Below, in pieces: positions 53,072-63,962 of a DNA stretch of 64,000 nt. This DNA comes from a virus (lineage: Duplodnaviria > Caudoviricetes): the IMG/VR virus record IMGVR_UViG_3300011242_000002, positions 192,001-256,000 of that record, one strand, 5' to 3'. The notes under the pieces are model-generated. The model made no database searches. It was not told where the DNA came from and worked only from the letters and a program-made list of their open reading frames with translations. A program made the translations under genes and the position numbers. Each line of letters begins with the position of its first letter. The first letter of the stretch is position 1.

Positions 53072-56026
53072 TTATGCCGTTAAGTTGGATTTCGAGTCTT
53101 TGTGCTTCAGGAAGTTGACCGTGATGTCTTCCATCACCGTTAAGCCACCGTTGGTGGTGACGTCCAGACGTTTCTTCACCGCGCAGCGCAGCGTTGGATC
53201 AGAGACCGTTAACACCTTAATGTCCCGGTCAGGACCAAAACCTGCCACGTCAATGTCGACCACCTCAGAGGTACGGAACGCTCGCAGCTCATCGGACAGG
53301 TCACTTGCCGAGAAGGTCTCACGCGATAACAGCTCGGTGATCACTCCCGGAATGGCGCTGGTCAGGTTATCACGCAGCGAGGTGTTCTTATAACCGGTGT
53401 CGGTTAAGTAGACGTCGAGCGAGAAGGCCACAGCGGCAGAAATCTGGCGTGCATCCTTGGCGTTTGCCACCACGTCAATCAGTCCCAGTGTCTGCTTCGG
53501 TCGGAACACCACTTCCGCCTGGTTCAGCAGCTTCGCGTGCACCGCCGTCATGTCATCAACCACCCAGGTTACCAGCTGTTTGATCACCTCGGTGATGTAG
53601 GTGGCGTCGAGCGAGTTGGTGGAGAAGAAGTACGCGCCGTCCAGCCCGACCAGGTCAAACTCGTGCAGCACCACCCGCTGACTGATCGGAATAGGGTTTA
53701 ACTGATCATCCCGCTTGATGTCGCCGACATGGAAGCGAATCTGCGGTTGCCCCTCGGCATCGAGCAGCAGGTCCCCTTTCTTGTGCAGCTTGATCGGGTT
53801 ACCCTGCGCATCAAACACCAGCTGCTGACGGGAATCGCGCTTATAGACGTCGGCCTCATAGCGCCAGTAAACATCCACGTCGTAACGCTTATACGCCACG
53901 TCAGAAGGAATAGGGCGTGAACGGGTGTACAGCTTGTCCAACGCCACGCCAAACTGCAGCTGGTAGACCTGCTCGGTCACCACCACAAACGGCTTGGTCG
54001 TATAGAGATTGCCTAACAGTTCATCACTGCTGGTCAGCACCACGTCGTTCGGCGATTTGTTGCGCGCAATACAGTTCAGTACCGTGAAGGAACCGGACAG
54101 CAAAGAGCGCAATGCCGACGGGGCGTTACCAAACTGACCAAAGGCGGTCAGCACCAGCTCGTGTTTCTCGGTGACGTCCATATTGGAGGTTAAGCGAAAC
54201 TCCCATACACGCTCCCGAGTTGACGTGCGTCCGATGATCTTGCCGTTCAGGTAGGCTGCGGTGCTTTCCCCTTCCGGTGTAAACATCATTTGCATCAAGA
54301 CGTCTTCATCGGCCAGGTTCTTGTAGTAGTCCCCGGAGGCGGTGGTCACCGTAAAGACGTAGCCGTCGCTGTCCTTGCTAAAGGCGTAGTTGGCAATCCC
54401 CGCTTCCACCCCTAAGGAGTTGTTCTCGTTTAAGAACGAACGGTACTCCACCTTTGGGCGATCCATGTCGTAGACGCGGGTAACGAAGGCATCGTTGTTG
54501 GTGTCCAGCACATAGTAGAACGGACTGTACAGGTACAGGCCATTGTTGATGGCCGCTGCCAGGTTCTCGGGGCGCATTCCCTTGAGCTCGGTCATGCGGG
54601 CATCGGTGGCCATCTTGTAGATACCGTCTACCACTTCGAACATGGCTTTTGGCGTGATGGTGATACGGTTGCCGTTGTCCCGCACCGCCGAGTTGGTGAC
54701 CAGCTGTTCAATGGTCATCTGGGTGGTGATGATCCCGGTACCGATCGAGGAGGTCAGACGTTTGTTGCTTTGCTTACCGACACTACGGCTTGCCTGATAG
54801 ATAAGGCTGGTCACCAGGTCCTCGGTTTTCAGGGTGTCGTAACCCATGTCAGCGAGCGTGGCGTCAATCTGCCCCGGGGTGATCGGGATATTGGTTTGGT
54901 TACTGGCATAGATGGTTCGCTCACGCAGCTGTTCCAGCGACAGACCGTTGGTGCCTCCGGCCATGGTGCCGTTGGTCATGATGGTCTTTTCGTTGAATAC
55001 CGTAATCGGTGTGGCAAACTTATCCAGCTGGCGGTTGTCGTAGTTGAAGTCCAACCACTGGGCGGTGACCGTTGAGCCATCGACCGCGGTCGGCTCTAAG
55101 TACAGTGCGCCCTGTGAGGTATAAACATCGACGCGTACCTGGCGACCAATACCCAAACCGTTCGCCACGTAGATCTCCGGCAGGCGTACTTCAACCGTTC
55201 GTTCCAGCACCTTCAGGGTAAAGGTCAAACGAGAGGCGTCAAACACCTGATCGCTGTGGGTGGTATGGGCTTCTTCCCATGCACCATCGGAGCTGGTTCG
55301 CGTCCACACCCGAGCGTAGTAGAACTGCTCGTCGTTCAGGCTAAAGGTATTCTTGTAGCCGGACATGGCGGTAATGACGCTGAAGTACGGGGTCGCCGTA
55401 AACTGACGCATGTTAAACATGATCGACAGGTAGTCGGTGTTGTTGATGCGGTCCACCCGCCAGTTGATCTGGTTGGTCTCGAGGTTCAGCAGTGGGGTTG
55501 GTTGCGACACATCCCACACCACCATGAAGCCACCGTGCTTCATCACGCGGATCTCCAGCGGGTACTCCTGACTGAAGTTGGCCCCGGCAATCCCGTACAT
55601 CGAGTTACGTGGCAGCACCAGTTTCGAGTACACGGCGTTCAAGTCATCGTTGGAACTTGCTGCCACCGGCACCGCACGTTGACGTACCTCATCGGCGTTC
55701 AGCACCATCATGAACGGCAGCCGAGCTGGCGTACAGAAGCGGTTCTTGTAGTCCTCATCCGACATGTGGCGGTACAGGTCTTCCTGGGTGTTGGCCTGCA
55801 CGCGATAGAACTGGGCAATCTCGTCGGACATGGTCTGCATGCTGGCCGCGTTCATTAAGGCCGCCATCTCGAGCGCAAAGACAAACGGGTTGCTGGCGTC
55901 GGGGATGTCGATTTCACCGTTCATTGCCTGGTCAAGCAGATCCAGCGACAGGTCCACCATGCGGGAGGGGTCATAGCGTACGGCCATGATCTGCTCCACG
56001 GTGGAGAGGGTAGATAACTCACTCAT
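53072..56026 (-). CDS. Baseplate wedge protein (T4 gp6-like; phiKZ gp87-like position)
   Basis: 984 aa; DASNPFVFALE, AGGTNGLSLEQLRER...PITP typical of the wedge/J-like core. Confidence 0.7.
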   Translation of the reverse strand: MSELSTLSTVEQIMAVRYDPSRMVDLSLDLLDQAMNGEIDIPDASNPFVFALEMAALMNAASMQTMSDEIAQFYRVQANTQEDLYRHMSDEDYKNRFCTPARLPFMMVLNADEVRQRAVPVAASSNDDLNAVYSKLVLPRNSMYGIAGANFSQEYPLEIRVMKHGGFMVVWDVSQPTPLLNLETNQINWRVDRINNTDYLSIMFNMRQFTATPYFSVITAMSGYKNTFSLNDEQFYYARVWTRTSSDGAWEEAHTTHSDQVFDASRLTFTLKVLERTVEVRLPEIYVANGLGIGRQVRVDVYTSQGALYLEPTAVDGSTVTAQWLDFNYDNRQLDKFATPITVFNEKTIMTNGTMAGGTNGLSLEQLRERTIYASNQTNIPITPGQIDATLADMGYDTLKTEDLVTSLIYQASRSVGKQSNKRLTSSIGTGIITTQMTIEQLVTNSAVRDNGNRITITPKAMFEVVDGIYKMATDARMTELKGMRPENLAAAINNGLYLYSPFYYVLDTNNDAFVTRVYDMDRPKVEYRSFLNENNSLGVEAGIANYAFSKDSDGYVFTVTTASGDYYKNLADEDVLMQMMFTPEGESTAAYLNGKIIGRTSTRERVWEFRLTSNMDVTEKHELVLTAFGQFGNAPSALRSLLSGSFTVLNCIARNKSPNDVVLTSSDELLGNLYTTKPFVVVTEQVYQLQFGVALDKLYTRSRPIPSDVAYKRYDVDVYWRYEADVYKRDSRQQLVFDAQGNPIKLHKKGDLLLDAEGQPQIRFHVGDIKRDDQLNPIPISQRVVLHEFDLVGLDGAYFFSTNSLDATYITEVIKQLVTWVVDDMTAVHAKLLNQAEVVFRPKQTLGLIDVVANAKDARQISAAVAFSLDVYLTDTGYKNTSLRDNLTSAIPGVITELLSRETFSASDLSDELRAFRTSEVVDIDVAGFGPDRDIKVLTVSDPTLRCAVKKRLDVTTNGGLTVMEDITVNFLKHKDSKSNLTA

Positions 56027-56037
56027 GATGATCCTCG

Positions 56038-57060
56038 TTATTTAGCGTTCTTCGGCACCCACCACTCGAACTCGTTGGTGTTGAGATCGATACGCGGATA
56101 GCCCACAAAGTTGTAGTACTGGTATTCGGTTGGCGTCAGCTTGCGATAATAGGTGCTGCGGTGTTCGGACTTCATCTGCGGGTTGAACATCTCCACCGTC
56201 GAGTTAAAGTCCTGAATCAGTGACATGGTGTTGTAGCGAAAACCGACGCAGGACCAACTGCAGTTGATCTGGTTGTTGGCCTTGATCAGCGGCGTGTCCT
56301 TGGTGGACATAAAGTCGAAGGCAGCACCGATCGGGTTGGTGTTGCAGATGGCCGCATACGGCGCACCGATCTTGGTCACGTAGCGACAGGTCTGGTCCAG
56401 CACGATACGATACGGACGCATGGTGTAGTCAATGTAGTTATTGACGATCGCATCCCAGTACGGCACCATCTCACCTAAGTACACCGCCGAGGCATAGGTT
56501 TGCAGCAGATCCAGGATCATGGTGATCGGGTCACCGGAGATATTGCTGAACGATGCCGAAAGCTGATAGGCCTCATGAAACTCTGATTGCCCATCCACCA
56601 TCTGCCAGGTCTCTTTACGCGCACCGGGAGAGGCTGTAAACAGGTCCACCACGATATCCGGGAAGCCGGTTAAGGATTCCAGGGTGTTGCCCAGAATCGG
56701 CACGAAGGCCTGACTGTTGTCAAACAACCGACTGTAGCGCTTTTCCAGCACCGTGCCTTTGGCATCAAACATCGAACGAATCGCCCCCGGGATGGTATCC
56801 GGGTTGTTGGTGGCCAAGGAATAGAGCTTCTCTTTGCGTAACAGGTTATCGTATGATAAGTTAAGGATCGGCCGAGTCCAGAAGGTATATCCCATGACGT
56901 CTCGGTTTGTTGGCAGAAATGCGGCACGGTTACTGAACTTGTTAAAGCCGTAGTAGTTGTGTGCGAGTGAAGACGAGACGCTACCGTGTCCTGCGACCCT
57001 TGCCGCGTCATCAATTTCGTTCATCCATAGGTTCGGGTTAAAGCTGCTTTCGTCGGCCAT
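56038..57060 (-). CDS. Baseplate/tube-initiator-like structural protein (phiKZ gp88-like position)
   Basis: GYTFWTRPILNL and YIDYTMRPYRIVLD motifs; synteny. Confidence 0.6.
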   Translation of the reverse strand: MADESSFNPNLWMNEIDDAARVAGHGSVSSSLAHNYYGFNKFSNRAAFLPTNRDVMGYTFWTRPILNLSYDNLLRKEKLYSLATNNPDTIPGAIRSMFDAKGTVLEKRYSRLFDNSQAFVPILGNTLESLTGFPDIVVDLFTASPGARKETWQMVDGQSEFHEAYQLSASFSNISGDPITMILDLLQTYASAVYLGEMVPYWDAIVNNYIDYTMRPYRIVLDQTCRYVTKIGAPYAAICNTNPIGAAFDFMSTKDTPLIKANNQINCSWSCVGFRYNTMSLIQDFNSTVEMFNPQMKSEHRSTYYRKLTPTEYQYYNFVGYPRIDLNTNEFEWWVPKNAK

Positions 57061-57112
57061 TCCTGAGTTCCTCAAAAATCATGTATATATTAGTCTCTTA
57101 AAGGAGTGACGT

Positions 57113-58315
57113 ATGTTACCAGTTACTGGCGTGATCACGCTGGCCTCGGCAATCGCTTCGTTAGGTGCTTGGCTTAAATCGGCCAAGGACAAGGCGAGCG
57201 CTAGCGGCAACAGTCTCGATAAAACGCTGCAGACCATCACCGCGACCAACAAGGCTGACCTGATCACCTTCACCAAAGTCTGCCGTATGGAACCCCTGGT
57301 GCTGTTGGATGACCGTCTGCGTAATGATCCGGTAACGCCTGATCTGTTGCAGGTGCTGACCAGCATCGTTGCCGGCTACTATCTGCAGACCTTTGCCCTG
57401 CTGGGGCAGATTAGTGGGGTTGACGTCATCGGCACCCTGGACAAGCTGAACCCATCCCGTACCGGGATCGGCCTCAACTCCTTTGCCGGGGAAAGCACCG
57501 ACTACATTAATGCGCATAGGCTGGCCCAGGCTACCCTTCCGTTCTATACTATCGGCCTTGAAGCTATCGACGATAAGGTCGACGGCAGCAACGTGCTGAT
57601 TGCGAACCAGGGCGCAGCGAAGGATGAAAAGGAATCCAAGAGCAACCTTAGCGTGCCGGGTAACGTCGCCGATATCTATCAGGTCACCAACCTGGCGGTC
57701 GGTAAGATGATCAAGGCGGTGTTGACCGCTGACGGTAACTCGATTGAGATCCCGATCACCATTCGCATGAAGCCGATCACCACCGACTCGGCCTCCATTG
57801 CAGCGACCCTGTCCATCGGTTCGACCAAGAACAGCGTAAAAGAACGCTGGCAGCGCTTCCGTGCCGGTGAGCTGACCTTCTCCAACTTTATCCTGATGGA
57901 TGACGTGGTCAAGCAGCACAAGTCGATCCTGATCAAAGACAAGTCCGGCTTTTATGCTGAGGTGGTGCGTCGCGCCAACGGCAACTTGACCAAAGGGATC
58001 GTGACCGGCAACCTGTCGCTTGCCACCAACTCCAACATCATCGTCATTACCTCTCAGACTGCCCAAGCGGTCGCGCGTGAGCTCGGCGGTGAGCTGGACA
58101 ACTACAAGATCCGCGAGTCGGTCTTCACCACCGTGCACTGCAACATGCTGGTCATCGTGAACCAGGACCGCGGCATGGTGACCTTCTACTACCGTGGCGA
58201 AACCACCGGCAACGTGGTCTCGGTCTACGACCTGAAGCTATCCGGTAAAGGTAACGGTCCGGACATCATGTCCATCTTCACTGCCTTTGCTGAAAACAAA
58301 ATTCCACCACTCTAA
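57113..58315 (+). CDS. Virion head/inner-body protein (phiKZ gp89-like position)
   Basis: AAGGAG RBS; AGE and GLE sites; NLAVGKMI motif. Confidence 0.6.
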   Translation: MLPVTGVITLASAIASLGAWLKSAKDKASASGNSLDKTLQTITATNKADLITFTKVCRMEPLVLLDDRLRNDPVTPDLLQVLTSIVAGYYLQTFALLGQISGVDVIGTLDKLNPSRTGIGLNSFAGESTDYINAHRLAQATLPFYTIGLEAIDDKVDGSNVLIANQGAAKDEKESKSNLSVPGNVADIYQVTNLAVGKMIKAVLTADGNSIEIPITIRMKPITTDSASIAATLSIGSTKNSVKERWQRFRAGELTFSNFILMDDVVKQHKSILIKDKSGFYAEVVRRANGNLTKGIVTGNLSLATNSNIIVITSQTAQAVARELGGELDNYKIRESVFTTVHCNMLVIVNQDRGMVTFYYRGETTGNVVSVYDLKLSGKGNGPDIMSIFTAFAENKIPPL

Positions 58316-58328
58316 GGAACCCGGTTGA

Positions 58329-59231
58329 ATGAACATCATTGAATACGCCAAGTCCATCTTTAAGGGTGGGATTGAAAAACGCGATCTGCTGAGCGAAGTC
58401 GACCGCCTGGAAACCGAGCTCAGCAAGTTTACCTTAAGCGGCTACAAGCAGGCCGTGGGGATGGGGCTGAAGGCGGAAGGCAACAACTACTACCTAAAGC
58501 AGCTGACCCGCCTGTACGAGCCGGTACGCAGCGAGAACCGTCTGCGTGCGGTTGAGGTGGTGGAGGCCACCTACCTGAGCCTGAACCAGCTGACGCTGAT
58601 CCTGCCGTGGTTGCGCAAGCAGCTGGAGCGTGAAGCCAAGCAGAACATCGCCACCGAAAACCTGGACTTCAAAACCGCCAACTTCCTGCGCTACATTGAC
58701 TCGGTGGACTTCTACCTGCGTTATGCCCGCTCGATGCTGCTGGTGATCTCCAGCATCAAGGCCTCTGGCGATGAGGCGGGTTACCAGCTGGACAAACAGG
58801 TGCTGATGGCCGAAGCCAAGTTCCTGACCGAAACCGCGGGGTTCTTCACCTACCTGATCGGGCTGTTCTCTCAGCCAGTACAGACTACCGAGAAGCTGTT
58901 TGATGCAGTACCAACGGTGGTGGTGTCGGAAGCGGATGAAGCGGCGGTCAGTGCCGTGCTGGGTGATAAGGTGAACGCCTTCCGTAATGGCTTTGTCCCG
59001 AAAGAGTTCAACATCTTCTACCTGATCGGTAAACGCCGTGCCGAACGTCGCGTGAAGCGCCTGCGTGCTGCGGAAGCCTCTGCCCACGCCATTGAGCTGA
59101 CGCTGAACAAGCTGCAGGAGCTCAAGGCCGGCGGTAGCCAGGATCCGACGCTCGATAAGCAAATTCAGTACTATACCAACGTGCTGAACAAGCTGAACTT
59201 CGAAATCGAAACCATCAACAACGAAGCGTAA
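58329..59231 (+). CDS. Virion head/inner-body protein (phiKZ gp90-like position)
   Basis: 300 aa, helical; C-terminal coiled coil DPTLDKQIQYY. Confidence 0.6.
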   Translation: MNIIEYAKSIFKGGIEKRDLLSEVDRLETELSKFTLSGYKQAVGMGLKAEGNNYYLKQLTRLYEPVRSENRLRAVEVVEATYLSLNQLTLILPWLRKQLEREAKQNIATENLDFKTANFLRYIDSVDFYLRYARSMLLVISSIKASGDEAGYQLDKQVLMAEAKFLTETAGFFTYLIGLFSQPVQTTEKLFDAVPTVVVSEADEAAVSAVLGDKVNAFRNGFVPKEFNIFYLIGKRRAERRVKRLRAAEASAHAIELTLNKLQELKAGGSQDPTLDKQIQYYTNVLNKLNFEIETINNEA

Positions 59232-59240
59232 GGGGTCGGT

Positions 59241-59771
59241 ATGTCTAAAGTAGCTACCGGTGCGGATGCCATCTATGACACCGGCTTTACCTCGTACGCC
59301 AACCGCAGCAACGTGAAGTTTGAAACCGATGCCGATGTGCTAAAGCTGTATCGCGAACAGATCGCCACCCCGGCGGTGTTCGATAACTGGCGCTATAAAG
59401 AGCGAGTGCTGGAAGTGGCGGCACGGCTGCTGTTCCCGCTAGCCCCGTGGGTGATGGCACAGCGTGCCAACAGCATGCACTCCAAGCACGCGCTGCTGTT
59501 CGTGCGTGATCTGGCGAAGGTTGCCCTCGGTGGGGAGCGGGATATGTCGGTGCGTATGCGTGCGACGCTCATGACCGAATCCGCGGTGCTGTCCAATCCG
59601 GTGGAGTTGCGTGGCGATATGGATAAGCTCAACACCTATTTGCCGATCCAGCTGATTGAATCTCTGCGCGCAGAAGATGCCGGTCGTGCGCTGGCTAACC
59701 TGACCGACACCCCGGAGAAGCTCCGCGACCTGGTGCAGTCATTATATGTCATGTTTGGTACGGGTCGCTAA
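59241..59771 (+). CDS. Probable virion protein
   Basis: 176 aa within the head operon. Confidence 0.6.
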   Translation: MSKVATGADAIYDTGFTSYANRSNVKFETDADVLKLYREQIATPAVFDNWRYKERVLEVAARLLFPLAPWVMAQRANSMHSKHALLFVRDLAKVALGGERDMSVRMRATLMTESAVLSNPVELRGDMDKLNTYLPIQLIESLRAEDAGRALANLTDTPEKLRDLVQSLYVMFGTGR

Positions 59772-59802
59772 GACCCGCATCATCTATCTATCATAAGAGG
59801 AA

Positions 59803-61266
59803 ATGGTAATGAGTTCACCTATTCTTGATGCGCTGCTGGGCACCGGCCTGGAAGCTTTCGAAGAGCAAACCCCGGAAGTGGCACCGGTACCGTCTATTGA
59901 CGTTGCCGTCTGTGAAGACGAAGTTGCCGTGGTGGAAGCTGCGACTGGTGCCGTACAGGCAGAAGCTGCAATGCTGGACAGCGTTGAGGCCGTGATTGAA
60001 ACCGACACCCTGGTCGACGCCCAAACCGAGCTGGTGTGCGAGACCGTGGAAGTGGTAGCGTCCATGGAGAGCTTTATCGGTTCCCCAATGTCCAAACAGG
60101 ACGCCCTGGCGTTGCAGATGCGTGTGGTGCAGGCAACCCGCGGTCAGTACGGTAAAGAACGCATTGTAGGTTCCGTGGAATCCTTCGGTACCGATATTAC
60201 CACTGACGACGCCCTGCAGGCGGGTCTGGAAGGGATCGGTGAATTCCTGACCGCAGCGAAGAACAAGCTGTCCGGTCTGGTTGCTGCCCTGCGTGCACGC
60301 GTGAGCGGTTTCTTCAAAGACGCGTTTGTCAACTTTGACAAAGTGGCCAAGCGTTCTGCTGCCGTACAGCGTCTGGCAAAAGGCACCACCGGTGAATCTA
60401 ACTCTTCTGCAATCCAGCTGAGCATCGATACCGCAATGCACCTGGTAAAAGACGGCAAGTTGGCACCTAACCTGGCCAACCTGGTCGCTGACCTGTCCAA
60501 GACTGCCGAAGCGGTGATGCGTGTTAACAACAACGAACTGGCAGAGCACCGTAAGAAGTTCATCGATCTGGTGAACCCGCTGGCCAGCGCGGACATTGAA
60601 ACCGCGTCAGGCATTGCGAAGAAGGTCGGCGAATGGCGTCTGCCAAAACCGGGCTATGCGAAAACCAAGATTCAAACCAGCTCGCGTACCCTCGACACCT
60701 TCCGCAGTGATGTGCTGCCGGGTGATGAAGCCCTGATCGTGGAAGTCCCGATTGATCTGGACAAAGGTACCAGCCTGAGTAAGCAGCTGGAAATTGCCGG
60801 AGACCAGGCCTGGGCGAACGGCGTTGCGCTGAAGGAAGTGGCGAAGAAGCCAAGCAAGCTGGATCTGGCTATCGACACCCTGAAGCCGGCGGAGATCGTC
60901 AAGATCACCGAAACCATCGATGCGATCCTCGGTGACATCAAAACCTACTCCAAGACCTGGGGTGCGTGGGATGAAGCCAACAACGAACTGGATCGCCTGA
61001 TGGGTATCCTGATCAACGTGCGTTGGGAAGGCGACGTAGCGCAGTACGAAGGTACCGCTGAAGATGCTTACGGTGATGCTTACGTGATGACCAGCACCCT
61101 GAACATGCGTCTGGCCGATACCGTTTACTACATCAACAGCGCGTACGGCTTCCTGTCTACCCAGCCGACTATCCTGCTGTCGAAGAAGCTGATCGTGGTG
61201 CTGAACCGTGTGCTGGAAGTGTGCGAACGCTCCCTGGCCACCTATTCCGATAACAACCTGAAATAA
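59803..61266 (+). CDS. Internal head protein, paralogue family (phiKZ gp93 / SPN3US gp53-like)
   Basis: Acidic propeptide with GLE, SME, SVE and GLE sites; highly biased codons. Confidence 0.75.
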   Translation: MVMSSPILDALLGTGLEAFEEQTPEVAPVPSIDVAVCEDEVAVVEAATGAVQAEAAMLDSVEAVIETDTLVDAQTELVCETVEVVASMESFIGSPMSKQDALALQMRVVQATRGQYGKERIVGSVESFGTDITTDDALQAGLEGIGEFLTAAKNKLSGLVAALRARVSGFFKDAFVNFDKVAKRSAAVQRLAKGTTGESNSSAIQLSIDTAMHLVKDGKLAPNLANLVADLSKTAEAVMRVNNNELAEHRKKFIDLVNPLASADIETASGIAKKVGEWRLPKPGYAKTKIQTSSRTLDTFRSDVLPGDEALIVEVPIDLDKGTSLSKQLEIAGDQAWANGVALKEVAKKPSKLDLAIDTLKPAEIVKITETIDAILGDIKTYSKTWGAWDEANNELDRLMGILINVRWEGDVAQYEGTAEDAYGDAYVMTSTLNMRLADTVYYINSAYGFLSTQPTILLSKKLIVVLNRVLEVCERSLATYSDNNLK

Positions 61267-61276
61267 GGATAACGAG

Positions 61277-62593
61277 ATGCGCACGTCATTTCTTGATCAT
61301 GCGCTCTCCACTGGTCTGGAGGGGTTCGCCTCTCCAGATACCAATGCAGAGACTACACCAGATTCCGTTATGTCCAGTGCCCACCGACTGGCGCTGGACG
61401 CCGATGCTGATTTAACCCACGCCCACCAAACCGTCTCCGATCTCACCCGTCTGGGCAATGGCCTGGAAGGGTTGATGATCGAAGTTGCACATTTGGAACA
61501 GAAAGATGACGTCACCAGCGAAGAGCTTGCCGTGCTGCGTGAATCCGCGATGGCGGTACGTCGTCAGTTCCTGAGTGAAGAAGAGCGCCGCGTGTTTGAC
61601 GGTGTGTTGGAAGGCCGCCTGGAAGGCTCTACCGAAGGTTTAGGCGACCTGTTGAAAAACGTCGGCACCAAGCTTGGCTACGCGGTGGGTAACTTATTCG
61701 ACAGCCTGAAGCGCAGCTTTGGCGGTAATAAGGAGATGCTGTCACTCATCGATCGCAAGCTGTCTGACACGTTAGCGCGTCTGGCCAACCTGCCGGATGT
61801 CACTTATGAACGTACCCTGTCAAAAGACGATGCGGTGCTGTTCTCCCTGCAGGGTAAGGTTGACGCTCATGCGGTGCTGGCTGATTTGCCAAAGGCTGTT
61901 CAGGCCTGGTACTTCCAGCCGATGACGGACATCCTGGATCGCATCGAGCTGCTCTCGGCTCACCTGGCCGAAACCCTGAACACCACGAGCGAAGAGCAGT
62001 ACAACGAGGTGGTGGAAGCGAAGGCTGGCCTGTATACCGTTCCACTGCCATCATCCGCGGCACAGGTGGATACCGTTACCGGTAAGTACTACGTATTCGA
62101 CCTGTACGACATTTACCAGTCTTACGGCACCCGTAGCCGTTCGGTCTATGTGGCACGCCCGAACAAGGGTACGCAGTCCGTCAGTACTCAGTATGCGAAC
62201 GCATCGGCCTTAGGCGTGTCAGAAGCCGTCATGACCAGCGAACGCGCCCGCAACGCCCAGCCGGCTAAGGTAACCTTTACCAAAGCTCAGCTGATGGAAG
62301 GTGTGCAGCAGCTGAAGACGGTGATCAAAGATCTGATGGCGTACATGGAGCAGCAGTCGCTGATCGTTCAGAGCTATCGCAACTACGTGCAGTCCACCAA
62401 CAACTACGAAAACTTTAAGAAGAATTCGTTTGTTGACAAACAGGTGCTGGCGCGCGTGGGTGCTCAGGCGGGCGCTATCCTTGCTCTCTTTGACATGGTC
62501 TGCATCTCCTTCTACCCAACAGCCAAAGACGTGGATGCGATGGCGGCGGTACTGAAAGCCTTCGTTTACAGCTCCGATCTGAGTAAGGGTTAA
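61277..62593 (+). CDS. Internal head protein, paralogue family
   Basis: GLEGF, GLEGL and STEGL sites. Confidence 0.7.
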   Translation: MRTSFLDHALSTGLEGFASPDTNAETTPDSVMSSAHRLALDADADLTHAHQTVSDLTRLGNGLEGLMIEVAHLEQKDDVTSEELAVLRESAMAVRRQFLSEEERRVFDGVLEGRLEGSTEGLGDLLKNVGTKLGYAVGNLFDSLKRSFGGNKEMLSLIDRKLSDTLARLANLPDVTYERTLSKDDAVLFSLQGKVDAHAVLADLPKAVQAWYFQPMTDILDRIELLSAHLAETLNTTSEEQYNEVVEAKAGLYTVPLPSSAAQVDTVTGKYYVFDLYDIYQSYGTRSRSVYVARPNKGTQSVSTQYANASALGVSEAVMTSERARNAQPAKVTFTKAQLMEGVQQLKTVIKDLMAYMEQQSLIVQSYRNYVQSTNNYENFKKNSFVDKQVLARVGAQAGAILALFDMVCISFYPTAKDVDAMAAVLKAFVYSSDLSKG

Positions 62594-62595
62594 CT

Positions 62596-63951
62596 ATGTC
62601 CGACATCGCCATGTTGTTAGAAGGCGGCGGGTTGGAAGCGTTTGACGATGCGCAGGCGCCTACGCCTGCGCTCGATCTGACCGTTGACCTAACCCCGCTG
62701 ACCGAAACCAGTGCCGTCGTTGATACAGCACTCGGGGAGATGGAAGCTGAACGTCAGCGTTTGGTAGGACTGCGTGAAGCGTATGACTACGGCCAGTCGA
62801 TGCGTGAGACCTTATCGGAATCCGCCGCAGCCGACCTGCAGCAGCGCGTCATTGTAGTGCTGGGTGAAGAACGTGCTACCACCATCGTGGGCTCCGTGGA
62901 AAGCTACAACGGCCCACTGGCCGGATCGTTGCTGACCTGTGGCCTGGAATCGATCTCCGGTTTCCTGCGCAACGCCATTGCCGAGCTGATCCGTCTGATC
63001 CGCACCGGTATTCGCACGATGATGCAATACTTCAGCTCCGCAAGAGTCGTGCTGGGCAAACAGCTCGAAGCCAACGATCTGCTGCGTAAGGCCCTGGGTA
63101 GCTCTGACGCGCCGTGGCAGAACTGGGCGCTGGAAGCGAAGGATGTCTACCGGGGCGTGACGATCGGCAGTGCTAAGGTTACCGGACCCCAGCTGCGTGC
63201 CCTGTGCACCACTGACGGTTCTAGCCTCACCGTCCCCGAGGACTTCGTCGGTATCTTAAAGAGCACCGCGCACTTTATCCTGAACTCGGCAATTCCTGGA
63301 CTGAGCGGGTTGAATGATCATTACGCAGCCATCCTGCAGCTGGTGCGTAAATCACCTTCAATGTCGGAGCCTAGCCGTTTCCTGCACTTGGCGCAGCTGC
63401 ACATTGACCGCTTTGTACCCGCTAACCGTCTGCTTGCCAGCGGACCGGATAAGCACGGTATGTGTATGTTGTCGACCAATCAGCTCATGGGGGCAAAGGT
63501 CTTTAATATCCGTGCTACGCCGATCGTTATGCATCAGCGTTACGGGCACGATGCTAATGCCTTAGAGGTGGTCAAGCAAATGTCACAAACCACCGCCGGT
63601 GTTAACTCGGTTAACCTGCGGAACGTGCGGACTCAGCTTAGCGTACGAGCACTGTCACAACCAGCAGGTCTTGCCTCACTGGACCAGGTGGACTACATCG
63701 CGAACGTGTTCCTGAAGCTCGACTACGCCGATGACATGAACACCCTGGCCAAAGTCGCCGATCGTTTAGCCCATGAGGTGCTGTTGCAGCTGGATGGCGA
63801 TAGCCGTATGGACTTCTGTGGTCGTGTCACTGAGATCATGTCCGCCTTGACCCGTGTAACAGCAAGCGCTACCCGCGAGCTGATTGCCTACGTCAATGAG
63901 CTGTGCGATGCGGTGCGTGCTTACGTATCGGTCAGCGCCGGCATCCGCTAA
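62596..63951 (+). CDS. Internal head protein, paralogue family
   Basis: GLEAF, IVGSVESY and GLESI match the 59803 propeptide. Confidence 0.7.
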   Translation: MSDIAMLLEGGGLEAFDDAQAPTPALDLTVDLTPLTETSAVVDTALGEMEAERQRLVGLREAYDYGQSMRETLSESAAADLQQRVIVVLGEERATTIVGSVESYNGPLAGSLLTCGLESISGFLRNAIAELIRLIRTGIRTMMQYFSSARVVLGKQLEANDLLRKALGSSDAPWQNWALEAKDVYRGVTIGSAKVTGPQLRALCTTDGSSLTVPEDFVGILKSTAHFILNSAIPGLSGLNDHYAAILQLVRKSPSMSEPSRFLHLAQLHIDRFVPANRLLASGPDKHGMCMLSTNQLMGAKVFNIRATPIVMHQRYGHDANALEVVKQMSQTTAGVNSVNLRNVRTQLSVRALSQPAGLASLDQVDYIANVFLKLDYADDMNTLAKVADRLAHEVLLQLDGDSRMDFCGRVTEIMSALTRVTASATRELIAYVNELCDAVRAYVSVSAGIR

Positions 63952-63962
63952 TTGAGGTTACT

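Noticed and set aside
57161-61284. Long antisense ORFs (e.g. 57161..58138, 58494..59162, 59815..60549; also 5509..6291 and 19477..20358)
   Set aside because: They mirror strongly codon-biased sense genes, lack RBSs and give implausible proteins
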